Source of the DNA: Octopus bimaculoides
Taxonomy: Eukaryota
Assembly: GCF_001194135.2 (NCBI RefSeq)
Contig: NC_068983.1
Coordinates: 18,160,811 to 18,199,041 of the forward strand
Length of the DNA: 38,231 nt
Direction of reading: 5' to 3'
Each line of letters opens with the position of its first letter. Position 1 is the first letter of the stretch. The translations under genes were made by a program, and so were the position numbers. The notes below the pieces were generated by a model that was not told the origin of the DNA, did no database searches, and saw nothing but the letters and a program-made list of their open reading frames with translations. Below, piece after piece: positions 23,210-34,472 of the stretch.

Positions 23210-26142
23210 TATATATACTTATAGGTGTGTATAAAGGTATATGTACGTATATATGCATATGTGTATATATATATATATGTGTACGTATATATGCATATGT
23301 GTATATGTGTATATATATGCATATATGCATATGTGTATATATATATATACGAGACATATATATTTATATACATACATACATGCATACATACATAAATATA
23401 CATGCTCATAATCACACTAACATTTCATCAGACGTATTAATGAACTGCTAGTTCTGATGTATTGCATGAAAGGAAATTAATACAGGTTCTAAAAGTTTTT
23501 AGCTTACGGGAGAGCGTGATGTCTGGTCTTGACTTGGTGGTTCTTCTTGTTTTATAATTTCAAGTGATCTGACGTCACTTTCTGACTTTTCTCTTTTTCA
23601 GTGAAAATGAGTGATTTAAATAAATGTTACTGTGTCGTTGCTGAAAGTTCCACGAACACGCACACGCCCGCACACATACATACAAACACACACACACACC
23701 CTCACACACAAACAAACGCACAGACATATAGATACACACACATATATACATATACATACACGTATATATATATATATATATATATATATAACTCTATATA
23801 TACATACATATTTATAAATACACATATGTAGTCTATGTACATATGTGTGCGTGTATTTTTACATATATACATATATACATACATACCTATATATATATNN
23901 NNNNNNNNNNNNNNNNNNNNNNNNNNNNNNNNNNNNNNNNNNNNNNNNNNNNNNNNNNNNNNNNNNNNNNNNNNNNNNNNNNNNNNNNNNNNNNNNNNNN
24001 NNNNNNNNNNNNNNNNNNNNNNNNNNNNNNNNNNNNNNNNNNNNNNNNNNNNNNNNNNNNNNNNNNNNNNNNNNNNNNNNNNNNNNNNNNNNNNNNNNNN
24101 NNNNNNNNNNNNNNNNNNNNNNNNNNNNNNNNNNNNNNNNNNNNNNNNNNNNNNNNNNNNNNNNNNNNNNNNNNNNNNNNNNNNNNNNNNNNNNNNNNNN
24201 NNNNNNNCACACATATATACATATACATACACGTATATATATATATATATATATATATATAACTCTATATATACATACATATTTATAAATACACATATGT
24301 AGTCTACGTACATATGTGTGCGTGTATATATACATATATACATATATACGTACATACCTATATATATATACATATACATACACGTGTGTGTCAGGAAATA
24401 TGTTTTTTTCGTTAATAGCATGCGTAATTAAGACATATAAACATGTACAATAATGATTAGTGTCATTTAATAATGATCTGTAACATGCAAAATATTAAGA
24501 GTGATAAAATAATAATAAAAACTGATAACTATCTTAGTTTCATTGGTTCTTTTTCTCACTAGAATAAAGAATTCAATTGAATATTATTAAAAACGAAGAA
24601 ATAAACGTAAAGAAAATGTTCTTCTAGAGAACATATGAATTGAAGAATATAATAATTTGGAATAAATCAATAATTTCGAAATATAAATATTATTATTATC
24701 CATTATCTTAATAGAGGAAATGCAATCTAGACATAATCTACATAATTTAAAAGTCAATCATTTTTTTTCTTTTACTCCTGGTCGCCTTCCAATTTGTTTT
24801 ATCCCTTAGTATTACCTCTATTGTTTTGGTTTCAGTAAATTACAATTATTTAATCTTAGACTCCGAATATTAGAGATTACTGCAGAAAACAAAGACAAAA
24901 ATTGAATAAAATGTTCATGATAGTAAATTTTCCTTCAATTGTTCCCAATTCATATAATAAATTATGTTTTCGGTTCAGCGAATATGAAAATTACATTTAT
25001 GGTCTCTATTAATAGTTGAAATAGATTTTCTTTCTATTCATATATACTTGCATTTTTCTCCTTCTTTTTACCCTATCTTTTATGCTTTCATCAAAACAGT
25101 ACAGTAGCAATTATTCGATAGAACTGCGAGTGTCCTAGCATTTCACCGAGAAGTAAGGTTATAAAACTATTAGTTACTTAATTATTGTAACCCGAGTAAA
25201 TTAATGGTATTGAATTCCTGTTGAATAATTCAGATAATTAATTAAAGCATAATCGATATTACCTCGTTAAACGACAGCTTAGCAAAATTGGAGTCATAGG
25301 TTAAGTATGAATTTTTCATGATTGATTTTTCCTCTTCTGATACGGTTTCTATGACCTGAATTCGATGATGAAATAATATATTATTAATGGAAGCTTCTTG
25401 CCAATTTTGGAAAAAAAGCCACATAAAAGCAATGTTATATCAATTATGTTTATGTATATAGATATATTTTCGATTTTGTCTTTAGTAAATTTTATTCGAT
25501 GCTTTCCTATAATCAATATATGATGTTTCATTATTCAAATGACAGCACAGTAAATACGAAATGTAGATATAATAAAAACAAGGCAAAGCGCTATGTAAAA
25601 TATGGCTCAATAAAGTATAGTCATACTTAAAGGTTTATTATCTTAGCAGTGAATCGGATACCAGCAATTATATATTTCATACCAGCAATTATATTTTTCA
25701 TAAAACCTTTCTTCAATATATATAAAAAATTGTCTTCAATATATATATATATATATATAATTAATTAAAATCCAGTTGAATTAGGTACTTAAATTGAGGC
25801 ACCAAATCAGTCCGGTATTGCTGGCACAGCACGAGGTTAGGTGAATAAAATGCAAATAAGTAACAAGAATNNNNNNNNNNNNNNNNNNNNNNNNNNNNNN
25901 NNNNNNNNNNNNNNNNNNNNNNNNNNNNNNNNNNNNNNNNNNNNNNNNNNNNNNNNNNNNNNNNNNNNNNNNNNNNNNNNNNNNNNNNNNNNNNNNNNNN
26001 NNNNNNNNNNNNNNNNNNNNNNNNNNNNNNNNNNNNNNNNNNNNNNNNNNNNNNNNNNNNNNNNNNNNNNNNNNNNNNNNNNNNNNNNNNNNNNNNNNNN
26101 NNNNNNNNNNNNNNNNNATATATATATATATATATATATATA

Positions 26143-27270
26143 CTAACAGGCTTACCCTGCAATGCCCGGGTTCGTTAGTTCGGAAAGGCTCGAAACTAAC
26201 CTCGAAACTAGCACCTCCTCCCTTAAACACCTTTCACGCTTTATGGCACCACTAACACCAAAGTAACTCTTAAAGGGAACCGCACGTGTAATATTACGAC
26301 AACAATCAAGTGAAAAAATAAACCAACAAAATTTATAATAGCAATAACGTAGAACTGAAATATGGCGCCAGTACGGCAAGTTTACAACACCTCCTTGAAG
26401 GCATGTAAACTGTTCCTACAACCCACTTTTGAGCAGCCAAGGTACAGGTGACCGTGTGAAAAGCATGGTTCGGCTAAATAAAGTCCAACAACAGACAACG
26501 ACTGCCCCTATGGTTAAGGTTAAGCCTCTGTCGCATGGCTTCCTATGCCTATACAATGGGTACCCGTCTTGAGTAGTTTGAGTCTGGGATACGAATTTTT
26601 GGGGATAATATTTAGAACATACACTATTTATCAAGCAGTCTTTCCTTGTGTAGGCAGGCTCACAAGGACCATGGACCATATTATACTTCACTATGCCATG
26701 GAGTTCACTATCAATGCCCGGATCAGGTATTTCAGTGGAAATTAACCTGTCTATGTCCTTTGCATTTATCTTCTGACCTAACCACAGAAGTGTGTGTACG
26801 TGAGGCATCCCCCACTTTCTGCCAGTCAACAGTGAACATGAAGCTTTTAACATGGCCAAATATTTGGCCATTGGTGAGGAGGTCCTTGAATTTAATTAGT
26901 TTTAGTCTAAAATCTCTCGCAATGACATCAGGCCTATGACATGGGCTTGTTGACCGGGCAGAAGACTCACTTTCATTCCATCTGGCATTACAAGTGAAGG
27001 TAATGAAAAGGTCGCGCCCACCGTAGTGCCGAAAGTAAATCATGGCGTCTTGCGTACGTTCACGCATATATCGAGGACTACCATTAAAGGAAGGCGGAAG
27101 TATGATCAATTGGCCTATCCTTCCAGGGGCAACATCGTTATTGGTGCTATCTCTGAGATGGATGTACGTTTCAGCCCGTAGCTTTGCCTGATGTATTGTA
27201 AGCGCTGAGACTCAATCTTAACAGCATTATCTACGAGATGTTGTTGAAAAAGGTTGCGAGAAAGCGACCT
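26143..27270 (-). mobile_element. Internally deleted, 5'-truncated Helitron (Rep part, helicase C-terminus and intact 3' end)
   Basis: Frameshifted LFQQHLVD, KLRAETYIHLRD, IILPPSFNGSPRYM..QDAM, FITFTCN, PHVHTLLW (HUH), MVHGPC and GYPLYR. These are followed by GQSLSVVGLYLAEPCFSHGHLYLGCSKVG...KEVL* (26382-26507), a hairpin at 26154-26171 and a TTAG|T end. Confidence 0.92.
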
Positions 27271-27700
27271 CATTTTCATCAATTGTGACGGTCCTATGCC
27301 AGACAAATTCGTATCCTCTTCAAAGACCAGTAAAATGATATTCTTTCATGAAACTGAGAAGCTGTCAGACGATGAGGCACCCACTGGCCAAGAATAGAGA
27401 ATTTTCTTATTTGTTACTTGAACACTTTTACTAATTTGAATTGAACGCTATTTCTAATTCTCGAGCAGTTTGTTTTGGATTTCTTCAACTACGGTTTTTA
27501 GAAACCCATTACTGACAGACGTTGATCTTGAGATTGGCGGGGGGTTTTCTGTGAGAAAATAATTTCCTTGAAAAAAAACTGCCCAAACAATTGTTGGCAT
27601 ATCTTGACACTTAAATATTTGATTCTATAGAGAAAATGAATATTTTTTGCAGGTTACACTCCTGTAGATAACTTTTTGAATTCACACAGCATGGATTTGA
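27271..27700 (-). mobile_element. Mariner transposase N-terminal fragment
   Basis: MLCEFKK, LKTVVEE.PKQTARELE, GQWVPHRLT (27363-27389, the WVPHEL motif) and RTVTIDE (first catalytic Asp at 27278-27280), with frameshifts. No ORF-track entry. Confidence 0.8.
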
Positions 27701-27908
27701 TCAAAGCTAATTTTAAATCTGTAAAAAAGTTACAAATTTAACCAATACGTTATAAAGTAACCTGCAAAGAAAGACATAAGACGAAAAAAGACTGTACGAA
27801 TATATGCTTATTTTCCCGTAAATATCTATGAAGTACTCCACAAGAGAATCTGTCAAAATTACGATATGGCTTGGTTTCTTAACTTATATGAATATTTATG
27901 CATATCAC

Positions 27909-28157
27909 GACGCATGGCCTAGTGGCTAGGGTGTTTCACTCACGATCGCAAGATTGTGGGTACAATTCCTAGACAGGATGGAGCGTTGTGTTCTTGAGGA
28001 AAACACTTCATCTCACGTCGCTCTGCGATCACTTCGGTACTTAACGCATGGTACGCGCTGCATCTGTTTACGCAACGTCGATTTGTTGGAGAGAGTGAGG
28101 TAACATACAGCACATATACTCGATCAATATAAAGATATCTCTTGGGCAGGTCGTTCA
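27909..28157 (+). mobile_element. tRNA-derived SINE
   Basis: Consensus A box TGGCCTAGTGG (27915-27925) and B-box-like GGGTACAATTCC; body shared with 6090-6321. Confidence 0.8.
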
Positions 28158-28644
28158 TACGTCGTTTTCGACTGGCGTGTCCATCATAGTCCATCTTATA
28201 TTTATACAGAATTACAAGGTGTTGCATATAATGCTGGAACACATTTTAAACGCAACTAACTAGTAATAGAAGAAGTATATTTATCAAGGGTTATGTATAA
28301 TACATAACCCTCATCACTATTCCTATTATTATGAGACCCCTTGTGTGTTAAAACGCTTAGATTTTAATGTCATTTATTAATATTTAGTTCTTCATTTATT
28401 ATAAAATAGTAGGATTTCATAAACTTTATTCGACAATGGCTGTTAAAACTGATGTTAAATTAGATTTTAAGTTTTGATTTATAAGTGCTTGCAGTATTTA
28501 ACAGGAAATTATAGCTAAGAAGGAAAGAAAACATGCACACACATGCACACACATCTACACACATATACACACAAAGATACACGCACAAAATATGTTTTCT
28601 TGTGTTTCTATATGTTTCTATGTGGTTTTCGTTTATTTCCAAAG

Positions 28645-28668
28645 GTATTTCTCTACCCGACGGCAAAA
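28645..28668 (+). CDS. Candidate 24-nt micro-exon, phase 1-1 (ISLPDGK)
   Basis: T-rich tract ending in ccaaag, and a GTAAGC donor. Confidence 0.3.
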
Positions 28669-28804
28669 GTAAGCTTTGGTATAATGCTGCACACACTTTT
28701 GCTTAGTTTCAAATTGTCTAGGCAGGTCTCAATTAAATAGACTTTCAATAAAGCATGGACATTTTCTCTATTGAATGTATGATCTATGATTCCAAATATT
28801 GCAG

Positions 28805-28925
28805 ATTACAGAATAATCACATACCCTCTGAATAGACAAATAAGTGGCTCATTGTTTGTGTATGAAGAAGTTACTGGCATCAATGGTAGAAGGTTGCTGA
28901 ACACAGAAACACTACGTCAAAACCA
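28805..28925 (+). CDS. Candidate coding exon, phase 1-2 (YRIITYPLNRQISGSLFVYEEVTGINGRRLLNTETLRQN)
   Basis: ttgcag acceptor and GTAATT donor; 39 open codons in AT-rich DNA. An alternative donor GTAGAA lies at 28886. Confidence 0.4.
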
Positions 28926-30106
28926 GTAATTATTGAAGAAAATCGATATAGTAACGTTCTACCGCACAGGTCTGCATTATATTAGATATATATCTAAATA
29001 AGTTCAGTTAATACAATAGAGTTATGTTCTTAGAATACTGCCTGGAATCCATTCATTATAAGACACGCATTATAAGATTGTTACTGAACATGATTGAATT
29101 GAAAAGAAAATATGATGGAAATTCACTATCCAATTATGCTAAACCGAAAATCTATAGTATTAAGCAATTTTAACTTTAAAAGCACTCCCTAGAAATCAAA
29201 GACGTTCTTAAGAGCTGAGAGAGAATTTAATTAAAATTATTGAAACTTAAAACTAGATACATACATATCTTTAATAAATCCATTAGCTATTATCTTTAAT
29301 GTGCTATTCAGTTTTCTTCTGCAATAGATTAGAGACAACAGAGAAATGTTTCACCAATCTTTTATATATACATTGTTTTGTTTTTCGTTTCCATACCAAC
29401 CTAATTATACAACCAAGAACCTCATTGTAGCGCATTTAATGTTTTATTTCAGAGTTGTCGAAGCACTTTCCTTTGTGTATAGATTAATTTCAACTTTCAA
29501 CTATTAACACTGCCACAATATTGGGTCATAGTATGTAGTAGATTGCATGGAACACAGGATATAACTGGTATTTATTTCTTAGACACTTGAACAACTATAA
29601 GAAGCATGTTGGTAGCGTTCAGTATTCATTTGTGTGAGTGTGTGTATGTGTGTACGTATATATGTATATACGTATATATGCATACACACGCACACACACA
29701 CTCACACACATATAATCTATATGAACTGTCTTACAGTATCTTTCTTTTGCCATCTGATTTGAAATCTCGGTTGCATGATGAAGTCACATTTGATACAAAG
29801 AAAAGCGCTTGTTTCCTCACCAAGTTGACCAGTTTTTTTCTAATTAGCACAGTACCAATTAAATTGCATTATATCAAAAAGTAAAAACATAAACATCTCA
29901 GACAGTTATTCTTATGTAGGACTGTGGTAGTAAAGCCTAAAGAAACGTTGCGTTCCCAAAATGCATTGAAGTACGTTCTAATTCATACCATTGTATATAC
30001 AGAAGCATATATATTCAGATTAAATGAAAAGACAAAAAATATAGTTTCATCTGTCGCTTCCTTCATCTTGGATTAAATTTCTGAAATATATTGTAAATGG
30101 TTTCAG

Positions 30107-30149
30107 ATACGTGGAGTGTAGGAGGAACGCATGTATGGACAAACAAAAT
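30107..30149 (+). CDS. Candidate coding exon, 43 nt (YVECRRNACMDKQN; alternative frame TWSVGGTHVWTNK)
   Basis: tttcag acceptor and GTAAGA donor; locally GC-richer than the flanks. Confidence 0.45.
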
Positions 30150-32180
30150 GTAAGAAAAACAGAAATTGATTGTTATAGTGTTAGAGGGAAACTTCAATGT
30201 GAACGAGGTGTCATGTATGCTTAGAGAACATTTAATACTAATATATATTTCTATATACGTGTCGTCAAGAGGTTTCTAAATAGATAAATGCGCCTTGTTT
30301 AAATATTATTTAGCAATATTTGTAAGGATAGCGAGAGCATACTGCGATGGTGTATTTGTAGAATAAAATATGGAAAAACAATACGGCGAAAATATTATTT
30401 GCTCACTACGTTATTACGCGGACTCTGGTATGGTTTAACTTGTTTAGTACACGAACTTGATTATTATTTCTACTCCCTTACAGCAATAGTTGTACGCATT
30501 ACTTTGTAGCAAAATAGGTTGTATATCTCTTATTCATCTGTAATAATTCCTTTCCAACTGAAGGAGAAACAAATTCTGTAAACATAAAACAAATATTTGG
30601 AATGAGTTATCTAAATAATGGGAATATTGATAATAAAAATCATGATGCGGCTAGAAAACAAATATTCAACGGAAATAGTTATTTTAGACTCAATTTCAAG
30701 CCTCCTAGAAATTTATTACAAATATCTATGGAACATAAAGAAGGAATATCTATCATAGAATTTAAAAGTTAAAACCCAGAGAATACAAGAGAAGGATAAC
30801 AAAGATAAAAACATGTAACGTGGATGTGTTAAAATTATCTTTATAATCACGGCGTTTTAGAAATGTCTTTATAAAGATGTAACTTATTAAAAATTAGGCT
30901 GATTTAAATGCTGCTCTAAAGAAGTAGCCTCAAACATTTTAAGTTTAGGTTCTGAAGGATTTGAGAAAGCTGCAAAATGTGAACATAATGAAATCTAGAT
31001 GAGCTAAATTATGCTACATTACTGTAATGTGCTCTAGTAATGTTTCATAATCGCCCGTTGCATATTTATGTGAACTCAATCCCATTATCATTTCTTATAA
31101 TTTTATAAATTAATTTAAATTTGTCAATTTTTAAAGCAAAATATACTATGGAAATCACTAACTCTGTCTCAGACGGGTTCTTAAATTGCATTCATATAAT
31201 TTCCTTTTAGTAATATGAAATTAAAATTTTAAAACATTTTATCAACTGCAGAATGATGAATGTTAATCTGATTTAAACTCAAGGCAGCCAAACAGGGAAA
31301 GTATTTTATCTGACGCTCTAGCAATGATGCCAGTCTTTAAATTGTAGTTCGCAGTACAAATCTGTTTGCAGTTAAGGTATCTATGCATAACTGTGTTAAT
31401 AACTTTACATTATACCATTTTGCTATTGAGAGCAAGGATTTCATTATGTATACCGTAGTGAAAATGCGGTTAAGTGCTTGATTATCCATGTCCCTAAGGG
31501 AATGGTTGTTTAAATGGTGTTCGCAGATAAAGTATTATGTTTGAGGACATGACCTTTTATCTTTGAAACTTCTACAATTAGTTGTAATAAGATGTATGAA
31601 AAGTTTGCTACAATATTTTAATCATACAATATCTGAAGTATAACAGCAAGAAGCTGGTCGTTAGATGTAATAGTACTTTCATTTTATGTTATAAAGTCCA
31701 ATTTTCCTATCCAGAATACAAAATGAGACTTCATCACTATTTCTACAATATAGAATTCCTTATAAATATATATTCTCTACGGTATAATATAATGATTTCG
31801 TTATAATATTATGCAGAAATATCGATATGTGTTTTGATAAGTAGATTTTAGAAGTTATATCACAACCTGGAAATTTATATAGAAAATACATACACTAAAA
31901 TTAAAAATAGGGATTAGGCTACCGCCCATCCGATGCGAAACATGCTATATCAAACGGCGATGATATGTTGTAGAACAATATCGCTGGAAATATCGCATGG
32001 ATAATATCAATACTAGAATACTTGCATCAAATTAATTTGAGTGACTCACGATTTAGAAAACATGTAAAATATGATGGACATTTCACGCAGGTTTGGCTGC
32101 ATTGTAAATTTACATTGTTTGGAGGATTCGTATTATGATTTCATATCTGAACATGAACCAAGAAATATAAATTCCTTTAA

Positions 32181-32402
32181 CTCTTCAACATTTAGACCGG
32201 CCATATCAGGCCCAAATATATCTGTCTGCTTTACGTTAAAACTGGCGAGATCTCAACACTCGCATCTACTCTGCAATGTTATTCTAACAGTCAACAATCA
32301 CATCCTTGAAATCTCAAAGCTACAAGATAATGCATGATTAATTCAAACGAATGTGAATAAACAAGCAATTACATTTGACAGATTAATCTGAATGCCAAAG
32401 GG
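32181..32402. mobile_element. piggyBac-type MITE
   Basis: TTAA|CTCTTCAACATTTA ... TGAATGCCAAAGGG|TGAA: degenerate CCCTTT/AAAGGG termini with TTAA-like target sites. It accounts for most of ORF 32071-32337. Confidence 0.75.
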
Positions 32403-32555
32403 TGAAAGCGTGGCCGTATTGGTTTATTTGGTCTGCACCAGTAGATTGTATTCGATAGAAACTTCTGCCAACTTGGCAGTTCTGAGATTTTAAAATGTAT
32501 TATATTTAGTCATGGGAATATATTCTTCAGTATCTAATTCACACTGCATTTTCAG

Positions 32556-32597
32556 ATATCACACTTGCCAGTAGACTTCAACAAAAAGTTGAAAGCA
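32556..32597 (+). CDS. Candidate 42-nt exon (ISHLPVDFNKKLKA in phase 0)
   Basis: ttttcag acceptor and GTAAAT donor; phase 0 is compatible with the 30107 exon. Confidence 0.35.
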
Positions 32598-32787
32598 GTA
32601 AATCGCTTATATCATAAAGACCGGCTGCATATATAATTACCTATGATTCTTCGAAAAATGTATAATATTGCACTCATTTTTGATAATAAATAATCAACAT
32701 TTATTAGATTTGTGGTCAGTATTTGGTCAAGTTCCTCCAAACGATTTCATCAACCTATCTCCACATTATATTGAGTCTCGGGAATAT

Positions 32788-32880
32788 AGGCGCAGACATG
32801 GCTGTGTGGTAAGAAGTTTGCTTTCCCGCTTGAGTGCCATTGCATGGCACCTTGCGCAACTGTTTTCTACCATAACCTCT
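32788..32880 (+). mobile_element. tRNA-derived SINE head, internally deleted
   Basis: AGGCGCAGACATGGCTGTGTGGTAAGAAGTTTGCTT...TGGCACCTTGCGCAA, followed by (AT)n. Confidence 0.8.
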
Positions 32881-32966
32881 ACTATATATATATATATNNN
32901 NNNNNNNAACAAAATCAAGAGATTTGGTGAATAAAATTTGAAGATAAGTAACAAAAATTCAATAGG

Positions 32967-33061
32967 TTATAGCAGTACGTACGTTTCGTACAAGATCCAT
33001 TTATTCATGTAGTGAGAACACCACAGAATGTACAATCAAAATGTACTCCTCAGCTGCATAA
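32967..33061 (-). ncRNA. Type I hammerhead ribozyme with intact core, extended helix II and palindromic helix III
   Basis: Minus strand: TTAT-GCAG | CTGAGGA | GTACA...TGTAC | GAAA | C-GTAC-G | TA | CTGC-T-ATAA. G10.1-C11.1 is canonical, the triplet is GUA, and helix I has 8 bp with one bulge. Confidence 0.85.
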
Positions 33062-33240
33062 TGGAATTTCATTTTAGAAAGTCATTTTGAAGATGTTTGC
33101 AAAAAACAAGAGTAAGGGAAGAAAACGTACCATCTCGACTATGCTGCTGTTTCACAGACAAGAAAACATACCATCTCGACTATGCTGCCGTTTCACTTGT
33201 CTGTGAAACAGCAGCATAGTCGAGATGGTATGAAATTCCA

Positions 33241-33335
33241 TTATGCAGCTGAGGAGTACATTTTCATTGTACATTCTGTGGTGTTCTCACTACACGAATA
33301 AATGGAGCTTGTACGAAACGTACATACTGCTGTAA
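33241..33335 (+). ncRNA. Mirror copy of the hammerhead with a helix III mismatch
   Basis: Same fold. G16.2->A at 33324 breaks the C-G pair and the ACGTACGT palindrome, giving an AUA triplet. Confidence 0.7.
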
Positions 33336-33405
33336 CCTATTGAATTTTTGTTGCTCACCTTCAAATTTTATTCACCAAATCTCTTGATTTTGTTTTTGGT
33401 TTTTA

Positions 33406-33446
<41 letters not shown>

Positions 33447-33447
<1 letters not shown>

Positions 33448-33496
33448 CTTTTCTTTTCAAAGTTTCAGCTCAGAGCTGCGGCCATGCTGATGCACC
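33447..33496 (-). mobile_element. SINE 3' tail fragment (variant of the 9717 family)
   Basis: TCTTTTCTTTTC..GTTTCAGCTCAGAGCTGCGGCCATGCTGATGCACC. Confidence 0.7.
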
Positions 33497-33993
33497 ATAT
33501 ATATATATATATATATATATANNNNNNNNNNNNNNNNNNNNNNNNNNNNNNNNNNNNNNNNNNNNNNNNNNNNNNNNNNNNNNNNNNNNNNNNNNNNNNN
33601 NNNNNNNNNNNNNNNNNNNNNNNNNNNNNNNNNNNNNNNNNNNNNNNNNNNNNNNNNNNNNNNNNNNNNNNNNNNNNNNNNNNNNNNNNNNNNNNNNNNN
33701 NNNNNNNNNNNNNNNNNNNNNNNNNNNNNNNNNNNNNNNNNNNNNNNNNNNNNNNNNNNNNNNNTGTGTGTGTGTATGTGTGTCTTTGTGTCTGTGTAGA
33801 TTCATACAACTAGGAATAGTCGTGGATTTTAGATTATTCAGGAAAACTTTGAAACGTTTTAATGAAAGAATACCGAAAGCAAAATATTGTGCTATGCTGA
33901 CAGCACTTTCTGTAGTTATACTGAGATCTATTTGTTAAATATAGTGACGTAAGATAGTAACCAAGAAATCATATCGTGATGATGTGGGTAATA

Positions 33994-34193
33994 TTCTTTT
34001 CTACTCTAGGCACATGACCCGATATTTGTGGGCGGTGGCCTGTCGATTAGATTCCCCCCACCAATAATTTATCGACCCCAAAAGGATGAAAGGCAAAGTC
34101 TACCACAGCAGAATTAAACCCAGAACATGAAGACAGACGAAATACCGCTAAGCATTTCGCCCGGCGTGCTAACGTTTCGGCCACCTCGTCGCC
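33994..34193 (-). mobile_element. tRNA-derived SINE with a Meta/Sauria-like central domain
   Basis: Reverse complement: GGCGACGAGGTGGCCGAAACGTTAGCACGCCGGGCGAAATGCTTAGCGGTATTTCGTC ... GACTTTGCCTTTCATCCTTTTGGGGTCGATAAATT. The domain name is from memory and unverified. Confidence 0.85.
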
Positions 34194-34317
34194 CTATGAT
34201 GTGTATAATAATGTAGATTTTACTCCATGTATTTAGACACAAATTTATTGTTAACATAGGCACAAGGCCAGAAATTATTACGGGGTTGGGTGTATTTGAT
34301 GATTCGAACGGTTCTAG

Positions 34318-34472
34318 TAATTTACTAGTGTTTTCTTTCATCGACTCCGACCCTGGGTGAATGAAAACCAAATTTAACTGCAATCAAATGTGAGCTGTTA
34401 ATTCCTAGAGTGTTACATTAAGACTACAACGCATTTCGTACAATGCTCTAACGATTCCGCTAATCCAGCGCC
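34318..34472 (-). mobile_element. Highly degenerate copy of the same SINE family
   Basis: Reverse complement has a GGCGCTGGATTAGCGGAATCGTTAGAGCATTG head and a TTTCATTCACCC..GAGTCGATGAAA remnant. Confidence 0.55.

Larger units (their letters stand above)
32908..33394. repeat. Long inverted repeat: 165-bp arms with a nested 35-bp inverted/direct repeat core
   Basis: 32908-33072 vs the reverse complement of 33230-33394: 157/165 identical, no indels. 33128-33162 is the exact reverse complement of 33196-33230. Confidence 0.97.

Noticed and set aside
25659-25760. Short tandem duplications (ATACCAGCAATTATAT.TTTC twice; TCTTCAATATATATA twice)
   Set aside because: Ordinary slippage duplications in AT-rich DNA.
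32071-32337. 88-aa ORF
   Set aside because: Mostly overlaps the piggyBac-type MITE; a chance open frame.
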